64,000 nucleotides of DNA, from positions 32,257 to 96,256 of the forward strand of contig CAZTVZ010000003.1 in the NCBI GenBank assembly GCA_964617045.1, given 5' to 3'. This document shows positions 9,603-19,072 of the stretch, piece after piece. Position numbers and translations under genes: made by a program. The number at the start of each line of letters is the position of its first letter. The first letter of the stretch is position 1. The stretch comes from an uncultured Gammaproteobacteria bacterium. Its GTDB lineage: Bacteria > Patescibacteriota > Microgenomatia > UBA8517. Below the pieces are notes generated by a model, which was not told the DNA's origin, made no database searches, and saw nothing but the letters and a program-made list of their open reading frames with translations.

Positions 9603-11273
9603 CTAAATTTCCACAACTACGGGAACAACCATCGGTCTTCTCCCCGTTTTTTCGTAAAAATACTTCTCCAAAAAGCTTACCGATTTGTCCTTGATAAATT
9701 TGCTGTCAAAGTTTTTACCAATATCCAAATGTTTTTTAAGCTCTATTGCTGTTGAATTAAGAAATGCTTTTTCTTTTTCTTCAAAAACAAACCCTCTCGA
9801 AATGATTTCGGGTACATCATATAGTTTCCTCTGAGTTCCGTCAAAAGGAAGCATGACAATTGCCACTCCATCTTTTGCAAGAACATGTCTATCTCGTAAC
9901 ACAACGTTTCCGACATCCCCAATTCCCAATCCATCAACCAACACATTCCTTGTCTGTACTTTACCCGATATTCTGGCATTTCCGTTTTTAAATTCCACAA
10001 CTTCTCCTGCACCTAACTCAAAAACATCTTTTGCCTGTGCACCCATGTTTTGAGCCATTAGACTATATGCCCGCATATGTCTTTTTGTTCCACCTATCGG
10101 AAGGTAATATTTTGGCCTTAGAAGACCAAAAAGTAGTTCTATATCTTTTTGAGAACCGTGTCCAGAAACATGCAAATCTTCTTGTGTATCGTAGTAATGT
10201 ACTTCAACATCTTCTTCGATAAATTTATCCACAATAAAATCGGTGTTTGTTTTTGATCCTGGCGGTGCGGGATCTGAAGAAAAGATAACAAGATCCGCAG
10301 ATTCGACTTTCAAGAATTTATGTTCTCCTATCGCCAATCTGTATAAGGCACTTCCGGGCTGCCCATAACTTCCGGAAATAATATAGACAATCTGATTTTT
10401 GTTTAATCTTCCGGCTTCTTTCGGAGAAGCAATAACATTATCGGGATACATGAGATATCCCAAGTCTCTTGCGATCTCGGCTTTTCTTTCGATTGATCTT
10501 CCCACAAAAATTACTTTTTTACCCAATCTGACACAAATATTGATGAGCTGCTGCATTCTGGAAATGTTTGAGGATATTGTTGTGAAGAATGTTCTTCCTC
10601 TTGCCTTTCTGATAATCTCCTCCAATCTGTTTTCAATTTCTTTTTCGCTTTCCGTATATCCGGGAGTTGTAGATCCTAGTGCATCCGAAGCAAGGGCAAG
10701 CACCCCTTCAGAAGCCAAAGAAACCATCCTTTTTACATCAAACGGTTTACCGTCCACGGGAGTCCAATCAAATTTGTAATCGGGAACATGGAAAATTTTT
10801 CCTTCAGGAGTATCTATTGCAAAACCAACTCCATCCGGAACAGAATGGGATACCCTAAAAGGGGTCACCCGAAAATTGCCCAGAGTCAAAACATCTCTTT
10901 CAGGATCAAATACATTTACTTTTGGAGGTTTCATTTCATAATCGACGAACTTGTCTTCAATAAAACCTGCAACCAGTTTTGTTGCATAAATGGGAAGATT
11001 TACATCTTTCAACAGGAAAGGAAGTGCACCTAAATGGTCTTCGTGTCCGTGTGATATCAATATTCCTTTTATTTTATTTGCGTTTTCTTTGATATATGTA
11101 AAATCCGGAATAACAAGATCAACCCCAAACATTTCCGGTTCGGGAAAACCTACTCCGCAATCGACAACGATCATATCATTACCGTATTCGTAGATATAAA
11201 AGTTTTCCGTTACGGCAGTCGTACCTGACAGTGCTACAAATTTTAAACCGTTATTGTTTCCTTGATTTTTCAT
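9603..11273 (-). CDS. rnj: Ribonuclease J
   Basis: GVDLVIPDF, SHGHEDHLG, HSVPD, DYKFD, HVSGH, YEKTGRRPMVVP. Confidence 0.96.
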   Translation of the reverse strand: MKNQGNNNGLKFVALSGTTAVTENFYIYEYGNDMIVVDCGVGFPEPEMFGVDLVIPDFTYIKENANKIKGILISHGHEDHLGALPFLLKDVNLPIYATKLVAGFIEDKFVDYEMKPPKVNVFDPERDVLTLGNFRVTPFRVSHSVPDGVGFAIDTPEGKIFHVPDYKFDWTPVDGKPFDVKRMVSLASEGVLALASDALGSTTPGYTESEKEIENRLEEIIRKARGRTFFTTISSNISRMQQLINICVRLGKKVIFVGRSIERKAEIARDLGYLMYPDNVIASPKEAGRLNKNQIVYIISGSYGQPGSALYRLAIGEHKFLKVESADLVIFSSDPAPPGSKTNTDFIVDKFIEEDVEVHYYDTQEDLHVSGHGSQKDIELLFGLLRPKYYLPIGGTKRHMRAYSLMAQNMGAQAKDVFELGAGEVVEFKNGNARISGKVQTRNVLVDGLGIGDVGNVVLRDRHVLAKDGVAIVMLPFDGTQRKLYDVPEIISRGFVFEEKEKAFLNSTAIELKKHLDIGKNFDSKFIKDKSVSFLEKYFYEKTGRRPMVVPVVVEI

Positions 11274-11902
11274 ACCAGTGACATTTGTTCTATTGATTCT
11301 TTTTGTTCTTCTTTTTTTATTTCTTCCAATTTGGCTATTATCCCGGGAAGGCTTTGAAAATCTTCCTCCAACTGTCGTTTCACTTCGAGTCTCCTTAGCG
11401 CTGCGGCCGGATGATACATTGGAACGACAGCCAAATCTTTACCGTTCCAGTTTACTCTAAAAATTTTTCCATGAATAGCCGATATCTTGGCATTGGGAAT
11501 AAACTTCCCCATCGAAAACCTACCCAAAGTAACAACAATCTTTGGATTTACTATCTCAATAATTTTATCGACGTAAGGACGATAGGCTTCCAATTCTTCA
11601 GGTAGAGGGTCTCTATTATTCGGCGGTCTATGATTAACTACATTTGTAATAAATACATTTTCCCTTTCCAGTTTAATCGGTTGAAGCAATTTGTTTAATA
11701 GTGCTCCCGCATTGCCAATAAACGGTCTTGCTTTTTGATCCTCCCAGTAACCGGGACCTTCTCCTAAAAAGAGGATTTCTGCCTCCGGATTTCCCTCTCC
11801 AAAAACCAGATTTGTTGCTCCTTTTCTCAAAGGCAAACTTTTATCAAGATTCATTTCTTTTTTTAAATCACGAAGAGCTGTAATTTTTTCCTGTCTATCC
11901 AT
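11270..11902 (-). CDS. Uracil-DNA glycosylase, family 4-like
   Basis: VFGEGN, GEGPG..ED..RPFIG.AG, ITNVV..RPPNNRDP, YHPAA. Confidence 0.93.
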   Translation of the reverse strand: MDRQEKITALRDLKKEMNLDKSLPLRKGATNLVFGEGNPEAEILFLGEGPGYWEDQKARPFIGNAGALLNKLLQPIKLERENVFITNVVNHRPPNNRDPLPEELEAYRPYVDKIIEIVNPKIVVTLGRFSMGKFIPNAKISAIHGKIFRVNWNGKDLAVVPMYHPAAALRRLEVKRQLEEDFQSLPGIIAKLEEIKKEEQKESIEQMSLV

Positions 11903-12948
11903 TACTGAGGCAAAAATTCCTTAACATTAGCTTGTGTTAAGTGAATCGAACTAACCTTTCCTTCAACTATTCCTCGGGCAACTTTCCTTACTATACCTTC
12001 TATTGTTCTTTCTAGAGTTCTTATGCCCGCATCATAACCTAGCGGTCTTGCAATGTTTGCCCAAACATCAGGATCAATAACCAAGCTTCCCTGAGGTATT
12101 CCGGCTTCTTTTATTACTTTCGGTAAAATGTAATTCATACCAATATTAATTTTTTCCTGGTCAGAATATGATGGCATACTTATCGGCTCTATTCTGTCCA
12201 AAACTGCGGTAGAAATATTGGTGGTATTATTTGCGGTTGCAATAAACAACACCTCCGACAAATCAACCGGATAGTCTATATAGTGGTCAACATACTCGTG
12301 ATTTTGTTCCGGGTCAAGAAGCTCAACCAATACTCCCATTATTGATGCCCTACCTTGATCGGTTACTCTATCAATTTCATCAAGAAGAATAACCGGATTT
12401 TTACTCTGTGTTTGTTTCAAAGCTTTAACAATTTTTCCGGGTTCTGATTCCGGGTGCATTCTGGATTGTCCTCGCAGATCTAATGGATCACCCATACCTC
12501 CAAAGGGAATACGGGCAAACTTTCTACCCAATGCTTCGGCGATAGAACTGGCAATGGTTGTTTTACCAGTACCTACAAGCCCTACAAAACACAGTATTGG
12601 TGCTCTCATAATATCACCTTGTTCTCCTTTTTCTCTTTTTAATTTCATTACTGAAATATATTCAATTATTCTGTCTTTAATTTGATTTAGACCGTGATGA
12701 TTTTTATTCAACACACTGGTTGCATTTGCTATATCCAAATTATCTTCCGTCCTTCTTTCCCAAGGTAATATAGTAATCCAATCGATATATTTGCCGATCC
12801 TGTCGAATTCGGGCAAAAATGAGGGTGAAGCGGTAAGCTTAGCAAGCTGATCAAGTCTTATTAAAACATTCTCAGTAAGCTTTGGGGGTAAAGATGCTTT
12901 TTGCACCCTATCTTTTAATACCTGTATATCTTGGGCAGCTATATCCAT
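11902..12948 (-). CDS. Lon-like AAA+ ATPase lacking the N-domain and protease domain
   Basis: YIDWITILPW, HHGLNQIKDRIIEY, Walker A GLVGTGKT, NPVILLDEID, LLDPEQN..YVDHY, DLSEVLFIATAN; ends where the Lon protease domain would begin. Confidence 0.88.
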   Translation of the reverse strand: MDIAAQDIQVLKDRVQKASLPPKLTENVLIRLDQLAKLTASPSFLPEFDRIGKYIDWITILPWERRTEDNLDIANATSVLNKNHHGLNQIKDRIIEYISVMKLKREKGEQGDIMRAPILCFVGLVGTGKTTIASSIAEALGRKFARIPFGGMGDPLDLRGQSRMHPESEPGKIVKALKQTQSKNPVILLDEIDRVTDQGRASIMGVLVELLDPEQNHEYVDHYIDYPVDLSEVLFIATANNTTNISTAVLDRIEPISMPSYSDQEKINIGMNYILPKVIKEAGIPQGSLVIDPDVWANIARPLGYDAGIRTLERTIEGIVRKVARGIVEGKVSSIHLTQANVKEFLPQ

Positions 12949-12965
12949 TACTTAATTCTACTATA

Positions 12966-15230
12966 TTAGAAGTTGCCTTTATCTCTGTCTTCTATCAACC
13001 TACTGGTTGGAAAATGAGGACCTGAAGGTCTATCTCCACTTCCGCGGCCAAAACTTCTTCTAGGTCCACGGCTATCGTATGATCTTCCTCTTCCACCTCT
13101 ATCGTAACTTCTTCTTTCTCCTCTATCGAAAGATTTTCTTTCTTCTCTTGGTTTATCTTTTGCGGGGTCCATGTTCATGGACAAATTAATTCTTCCCAAA
13201 CTATCCACTTCTCTTACTCTGACTTTGACAATGTCACCGATTTTTACCACTTCTTCCGGATTTTTTATAAACCCTTCGCCCATATCGGAAACATGAACCA
13301 TTCCGTCTTTTCCAGGAAGAATCTCTATAAATGCTCCAAAAGGCTGTATTCTTTTTACTTCGCCTTCGTATATCTCTCCCGGTTGGACCTCTTTAATCAT
13401 TCCTTCAACTGTTGCAACAGCTTTATCGACTGCTGCTTCATCAATTCCGGAAATGTTTACTCTTCCATCGTCCTCCACCTCGACTTGGGCACCGGAATCG
13501 GCAATAATTTTCTTAATCATCTTTCCACCCGGTCCGATTATTTCACCGATTTTCTCAACAGGAATCATTACTGTTTTAATCTTGGGTGCAAAAGCGGATA
13601 CTGTTTTTCTTGGTTCTGGCAATGTCTCCAACATATGCTTTAAGATATGGGCTCTTCCCTCTTTGGCTTGGTCAATAGCTTTTTCCAAAATTTCAGGAGT
13701 TAAATTAAGTGTCTTAACATCCAATTGAAGTGCTGTAATTCCTTTTTCCGTACCGGCAACTTTGAAATCCATATCTCCGTTGAAATCTTCAAGACCCATT
13801 ATGTCCGAAAGAATTGCAACTTCTTTTCCTTCGATAATAAGCCCCATTGCAATACCTGAAACCGGTGAGGTAAGAGGCACTCCTGCATCCATTAAAGACA
13901 AAGTCGAACCACAAACCGATGCCTGAGATGTCGAACCATTGGAACTTGTAACTTCAGACACAACCCTTATTGCATAAGGGAATTTATCAAGTGATGGGAT
14001 AACCGGTTCAATTGCTCTTTCTGCAAGGGCTCCGTGTCCGATTTCTCTTCTGGAAGGTTGTCCAACTCTTCCTGTTTCACCAGAAGCATATGGAGGCATT
14101 GAGTAGTGATGCATGTATCTCTTTTCTGCTTCTCCTTCTGCTGACTCTAAAAGTTGTCCCATTGAAGGGGCACCAAGAGTTACAACTGAAAGAACTTGAG
14201 TTTGACCTCTTTGGAAAAGTGCCGACCCGTGAACTCTGGGCAAAAGCCCTACTTCAGAATAAAGAGGCCTGATTTCTGTATGTTTTCTTCCATCGGGTCT
14301 TTTTCCTTTAAGGATCATTTCTCTGATGTAGTGTTTCTTTTGGTTGTCAATTATTTGAGGGATAAATACTTTCTCTTCAGGGGTAAAGCTTTCGGATACT
14401 GCTGCCACAAGCTCTTCGAATACTGCTGATCTTCCGCCTTCAACATGAAGCATTTCTTCTACCATATCTGCAATTTTTGGTGCTGCCAATTTTTCAACTG
14501 CACTTACGAGTTTGGCGTCAATTTTTGGTTCTACATATACTTCTTTTTCAACTCCGGTCTCTTTAGCAAAATCTTCAATGAATTTAATAATTGTGTCTGC
14601 TTCTTTCTTGGCGTGTTTAATTCCACCCAAAATATCTTTTTCTGAAACTTCTTTTGCTCCTGCTTCAATCATGATCACGGCATCTTTTGTGGATGAAACC
14701 ACAAGATCCATTTCGGAATCTATTCCGTCGGTTGTTGAAGGATTGGTAATATATTTGCCATCCTTTAGTCCAACCTTAACCGATGCGGATGGACCTTTCC
14801 AAGGTATTCCGGATACTGCGATTGCAGCTGAGCTGGCAATGGTTGCCAAGATAGAAGGATCATTTTCCATATCAACCGACATTACCATTACTACTAGTTG
14901 AACTTCTTTTTTGTAATCGTGTGGGAACAAGGGTCTTACGGACCTATCAATAAGCCTTGAGGTTAGAATTTCTTCATCTGTGGGCCTACCTTCTCTTTTA
15001 ACCCAACGTGAACCCTTGATTCTTCCTCCGGCATACAGCCTTTCTTGATAATCAACGGTTAGAGGAAAATATCCCAAGTCCATTTTAAGAGGAGCGGATA
15101 CAACGGTTGCCAGCACTACGGTTTCACCGTATGTAGCCAAAACGGAACCCGTTGCTTGTTGTGCAATTTTTCCCGTAGAGAGGGTTAATTTTCTACCTCC
15201 TAAATCAATAGTTTTTTCTACTTTGTTCAT
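12966..15230 (-). CDS. pnp: Polyribonucleotide nucleotidyltransferase (PNPase)
   Basis: FPLTVDYQE, RLIDRSVRPLFP, RREIGHGALAERA, SNGSTSQASVC, GDMDFKVAGT; KH and S1 domains. Confidence 0.98.
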   Translation of the reverse strand: MNKVEKTIDLGGRKLTLSTGKIAQQATGSVLATYGETVVLATVVSAPLKMDLGYFPLTVDYQERLYAGGRIKGSRWVKREGRPTDEEILTSRLIDRSVRPLFPHDYKKEVQLVVMVMSVDMENDPSILATIASSAAIAVSGIPWKGPSASVKVGLKDGKYITNPSTTDGIDSEMDLVVSSTKDAVIMIEAGAKEVSEKDILGGIKHAKKEADTIIKFIEDFAKETGVEKEVYVEPKIDAKLVSAVEKLAAPKIADMVEEMLHVEGGRSAVFEELVAAVSESFTPEEKVFIPQIIDNQKKHYIREMILKGKRPDGRKHTEIRPLYSEVGLLPRVHGSALFQRGQTQVLSVVTLGAPSMGQLLESAEGEAEKRYMHHYSMPPYASGETGRVGQPSRREIGHGALAERAIEPVIPSLDKFPYAIRVVSEVTSSNGSTSQASVCGSTLSLMDAGVPLTSPVSGIAMGLIIEGKEVAILSDIMGLEDFNGDMDFKVAGTEKGITALQLDVKTLNLTPEILEKAIDQAKEGRAHILKHMLETLPEPRKTVSAFAPKIKTVMIPVEKIGEIIGPGGKMIKKIIADSGAQVEVEDDGRVNISGIDEAAVDKAVATVEGMIKEVQPGEIYEGEVKRIQPFGAFIEILPGKDGMVHVSDMGEGFIKNPEEVVKIGDIVKVRVREVDSLGRINLSMNMDPAKDKPREERKSFDRGERRSYDRGGRGRSYDSRGPRRSFGRGSGDRPSGPHFPTSRLIEDRDKGNF

Positions 15231-15262
15231 TTTTTAATTGTTAGTTACTTATGTGTGGTGTC

Positions 15263-15532
15263 TTACTTTTCCAATTTAAGTTCTTTTATCAAGTTCTTAT
15301 AGCGCTCTTCGTCGCGCTTTCGAAGATAAGTAAGTAACCTTCTTCTTTTGGCTACCATGGAAAGTAGTCCACGTCTTGAGTGTACATCTTTTCCGTGTGC
15401 TTTTAAATGTTCCGTAAGCTTTCCGATTTGAAGGGAAAGAAGTGCAATTTGCACTTCGGGACTTCCGGTGTCACCAGTTTCTCTGGCGAATTTCTTAATT
15501 ATATCTTGTTTTTCTTCAATTTTTAGTGACAT
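15263..15532 (-). CDS. rpsO: 30S ribosomal protein S15
   Basis: [34 protein letters not shown]; ATG 15532 gives 89 aa. Confidence 0.98.
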   Translation of the reverse strand: MSLKIEEKQDIIKKFARETGDTGSPEVQIALLSLQIGKLTEHLKAHGKDVHSRRGLLSMVAKRRRLLTYLRKRDEERYKNLIKELKLEK

Positions 15533-15589
15533 AGTCGTGTCGAACAAAGTAGCCGAATTCCACGGTCAGCCTTGTAAGCATCAGAGTGA

Positions 15590-15618
15590 ATAATACCATA
15601 CAACGAGGCTATATGCAA
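15590..15618 (-). promoter_or_regulatory. Promoter of rpsO-pnp
   Basis: TTGCAT (15618-15613), 17 nt, TATTAT (15595-15590) with an extended TG. Confidence 0.6.
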
Positions 15619-15621
15619 AGG

Positions 15622-16470
15622 TCAACTTACCGAGGTTCCTTTGTATATTTTTGGTTCCTTAAACCACTCTTGAGGAGCTGGTTCTTCTTTCTTTTCCGGC
15701 TCAACAGGAATATCTCCCGGTATTGATCCTTGAGGAAAAGATTCTCTTTTTGGTCTTTCCGGCATTCTTTGGCCACCCGCTCTCAAAAGCACTGCCATTG
15801 TTTGGAAGGTGTCCGCATTAACCTCAGGCGATTTCAAGTCGTGGCTTCCTTCCTCGATTCCCATTAGTAAATTTGTTGCAATTTCTTGATCAAGTTCCAA
15901 TCCGCCTTCCATAAGAAGCATTGCCATAAGCTCCGAGACTGTTGAGGCGGGCCTGGCGAAAGATAGAATTGGTTTTCCACTTTCCATGTTTAAGGCTCTG
16001 GTGCCAATGTGGATTATTTTTACTCCTTCCAGTTCGGGTGAAGACAATATCGGAAAATGGCTTTCATTGGCTCCTCCGATAAGTACAACCGTATCTGCGG
16101 ATATTCCGGAATAATCCATTAGAACCTGTTCCTTGTTGGGTGCCAACAAGCCGGTTTTAGGAATAATTGTAAGATTCAAGTCGCCACCAACAACATCATA
16201 TCTAACTTTTTCGATTTGTTCAGCGTCATATCCTTTGATAATAATGTTGAGGTTTTTATTTCCGACATCCGAAGTAATTTTTTGAACACCGATCAGTCTG
16301 CTAAATTCAACCAACATTGGATTGGGAGAATAGATCATAGACTCTTTATGTCCTTTTAAAGAAAGATAAAGTGCTGTTCCCGCTGCTACCTGATCAAAAT
16401 ACGGTTTCGTCGGAAGAATGACGAGTATACTTTTGGCAGATGATAAAAGAGATCCGAATGAATTTTCCAT
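15622..16470 (-). CDS. Degenerate DHH/NrnA-like phosphoesterase
   Basis: Fold landmarks SILVIL...DQVAAGTALY, ASTVSEL and IATNLLMGI, and nrnA-like position after infB, but the DxD and DHH motifs are missing. Confidence 0.7.
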   Translation of the reverse strand: MENSFGSLLSSAKSILVILPTKPYFDQVAAGTALYLSLKGHKESMIYSPNPMLVEFSRLIGVQKITSDVGNKNLNIIIKGYDAEQIEKVRYDVVGGDLNLTIIPKTGLLAPNKEQVLMDYSGISADTVVLIGGANESHFPILSSPELEGVKIIHIGTRALNMESGKPILSFARPASTVSELMAMLLMEGGLELDQEIATNLLMGIEEGSHDLKSPEVNADTFQTMAVLLRAGGQRMPERPKRESFPQGSIPGDIPVEPEKKEEPAPQEWFKEPKIYKGTSVS

Positions 16471-16475
16471 TAATC

Positions 16476-17873
16476 TTACTTGGCGACCGATACTACCATA
16501 TCGCCAACCGCGAAATCAAGCTGGGGTTCGGTTAATATTCCAAACTCCTCACCTTGCCCTACTTCATTTACTTCATTCTTTTGTTTTTTCATTGAAATTA
16601 TTTTTGCTTTACCCAATTCTTTTTCTCCTCTTTTGATAATTATCTTTTCGGATTTCAATATTTTTCCGGATAACACCTTGCATCCTGCAACTTTTTTCCC
16701 ATCGAACGGAAACGAAGCAAGAATTTCTGCCGTTCCTTTTATCTCTACTTGCCCGCTTTTCAATATTTCCTCAAGTCGCTGGAACAGTTCGTAGATAATT
16801 GAAAATTGCTCGACTTTTACACCTTCCGTTTCGGACAATCTTATTACTTGCGGTGACACTTTTGATTCAAAGGTAAATATTCTGGGAACATTACTTGATT
16901 TGGCAAGTAAAACATCCGACTCGTTTACGTCTCCTACTCCCGATTCGACAACAACTACTTTTGCAGGAAGATTGGCCATTATCGCCTCTAAAGAACCTTG
17001 ATTTTTTGCTTTAAGTATCAAAGGATACTCATCTTTTTTCAATCGATAACTTATTTCTGCCTTCTTTATTCCCTCAGATATTCTGTTTTCTTTCTGTGAT
17101 TTGATTACAGCTCCAACTGGAGGGGTTTGTTCAAAACCTAATATCTGAACTGGTTCGCCAGGCATAACCGATTTAATTCCTTTTCCGTTTTCATCAAATA
17201 ACCCTTTTATTTTAATTTGAATATCTTCAGCAAAAATCGTATCGCCTATCTTTAAACTTCCCTCTCTTACAACTGCTGACACCAAAAGACCTCTTTTGTC
17301 TTTTTGCGTTTCAATAATTACGGCTTCCAATGAACCCTGGGGATCACCGGATATTTCCGTTACTTCTGATAACAATGTAATAGTTGCCAGGAGATCTTCA
17401 ATTCCTTCTCCTTTTTTGGCAGAAACAGGGATTAGAGGAGTTTCTCCACCACGACCTTCAAAATATATTCCGACATTTTCAAGTTGGCTCCTTACTCCTT
17501 CCATGTCTGCAGAAGGAAGGTCAATCTTGGTTATAGCAACAATCATCGGAATTCCTGCATCTTTAATAATCTCGATCGCCTCACTGGTTTGAGGTTTTAT
17601 ACCGTCTTCAGCTGCGACAACTAGTACTGCGATATCCGCAACTTGTGCCCCTCTTCCTCTCATCTTGGTAAAGGCAGCATGACCAGGAGTATCAATAAAC
17701 GTAATTTTCTTTCCGTCTTTAAGGGTTATCTGTGAAGCTCCTATGCTTTGAGTTATTCCACCGGCTTCTTTTGAGGCAACGTTGGTTTTTCTTATTGAAT
17801 CTAGAAGTGTTGTTTTTCCGTGATCAACATGACCCAGAATACATACAATTGGAGATCTCGATTCTTTTGCCAT
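16476..17873 (-). CDS. infB: Translation initiation factor IF-2 (no N-terminal domain)
   Basis: RSPIVCILGHVDHGKTTLLD, EAGGITQ, FIDTPGHAAF; starts directly at the G domain. Confidence 0.97.
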   Translation of the reverse strand: MAKESRSPIVCILGHVDHGKTTLLDSIRKTNVASKEAGGITQSIGASQITLKDGKKITFIDTPGHAAFTKMRGRGAQVADIAVLVVAAEDGIKPQTSEAIEIIKDAGIPMIVAITKIDLPSADMEGVRSQLENVGIYFEGRGGETPLIPVSAKKGEGIEDLLATITLLSEVTEISGDPQGSLEAVIIETQKDKRGLLVSAVVREGSLKIGDTIFAEDIQIKIKGLFDENGKGIKSVMPGEPVQILGFEQTPPVGAVIKSQKENRISEGIKKAEISYRLKKDEYPLILKAKNQGSLEAIMANLPAKVVVVESGVGDVNESDVLLAKSSNVPRIFTFESKVSPQVIRLSETEGVKVEQFSIIYELFQRLEEILKSGQVEIKGTAEILASFPFDGKKVAGCKVLSGKILKSEKIIIKRGEKELGKAKIISMKKQKNEVNEVGQGEEFGILTEPQLDFAVGDMVVSVAK

Positions 17874-17906
17874 AATATATTTTTGTTATTATTGCCGAAA
17901 TGCTTC

Positions 17907-19010
17907 TCATTCCTGGGTAGTATCGGAATTGTCTACCTCTTCGGTTTGAGGTGTTTCAACCGCTTCTTCGGTTTTTTCTTCTTCAATTATTTCTCGCTTA
18001 CCTTCTTCTTCGATCTTATCTTCCTTTTTCTCTCCCGTACCCTCAACTTCAATTCTCCATCCGGTAAGTTTGGCAGCAAGTCTTACGTTTTGTCCTTCTT
18101 TACCGATTGCCAACGATAATTGATCTTCCGGAGCTTTAACTACAGCGGTCATTTCTTTTTCGTTTAAGGATACTTCCAAGTTTTCTGCAGGTGAAAGTGA
18201 AGCTTTAATTAGTTCTCCAGTGTCTTCATTCCAAGGAATAATATCAACTCTTTCTCCACCCAATTCGTTGGTTACAGCTTGTACCCTCACGCCTTTTTGT
18301 CCAACACAAGAACCTACAGGATCAACGCCAGATTGGCTTGATTCAACGGCAATTTTGGTTCTTGTTCCTGCTTCTCTGGCAATCTCCTTAACTATCACGT
18401 TTCCAGATGCAATTTCAGGAACTTCTCTTGAGAATAATTTTTCTACAAATGCAGGATCAGCCCTTGAAAGGATTATTTCTTTGCCTTTAGGTGTATCTTC
18501 TATGCTTTTGAGAAGGAAGGACATTCTTTGATTAAGAACCAGTCTTTCTGTGGGAATTCTTTCCTCAGCTGGCATTAAAGCTTCAGTTCTTCCCAGATCT
18601 ACTCTGACATTCGGTCCATCAAATCTAAGAACCATTCCCGAAATCAGGTTTCCTACTCTACCCGAAAACTCATCCATTATGGCACCCTTTTCGGCTTCTC
18701 TTATTTTTTGATGAATAACCTGCTTTGCTGTTTGTGCGGCGATTCTTCCGAAACCTGGAGGGGTAACATCATTTCTTTCTTCCGGTTTTTCCAAAGGCCA
18801 AGCGAATACTCTTGCTTCACCATTGCCCGGATTTAATTCGACATCGTATTCGAATTCTTCTGTTTCCTCTCCCCTTTCTTTTGCATCTCTTCTATAGGCA
18901 GCAATGATTGCCTCCTTGATAGTATCGACAATAACATTAGGGTCTAGGCCTCTTTCAGAAGCTATAGCTTTCAATGCTTGGGAGAACTCAGTTCTTGGTT
19001 GTGTTTGCAT
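17907..19010 (-). CDS. nusA: Transcription termination/antitermination factor NusA
   Basis: FGRIAAQTAKQVI.QKIREAE, AREAG.RTKIAV, DPVGSCVG, LSLAIGKEGQNVRLAAKLTGW; ATG 19010 preferred over TTG 19028. Confidence 0.97.
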   Translation of the reverse strand: MQTQPRTEFSQALKAIASERGLDPNVIVDTIKEAIIAAYRRDAKERGEETEEFEYDVELNPGNGEARVFAWPLEKPEERNDVTPPGFGRIAAQTAKQVIHQKIREAEKGAIMDEFSGRVGNLISGMVLRFDGPNVRVDLGRTEALMPAEERIPTERLVLNQRMSFLLKSIEDTPKGKEIILSRADPAFVEKLFSREVPEIASGNVIVKEIAREAGTRTKIAVESSQSGVDPVGSCVGQKGVRVQAVTNELGGERVDIIPWNEDTGELIKASLSPAENLEVSLNEKEMTAVVKAPEDQLSLAIGKEGQNVRLAAKLTGWRIEVEGTGEKKEDKIEEEGKREIIEEEKTEEAVETPQTEEVDNSDTTQE

Positions 19011-19026
19011 GTTATTTCTTGGTATC

Positions 19027-19051
19027 AAAAAAGGCGGGCATTCGTCCCACC
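19027..19051 (-). terminator. Leader intrinsic terminator (attenuator) upstream of nusA
   Basis: GGTGGG-acgaatg-CCCGCC-TTTTTT between the promoter and the ATG; resembles the rimP-nusA leader hairpin. Confidence 0.7.
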
Positions 19052-19072
19052 AATATTCTCGATTCCGGTGTA

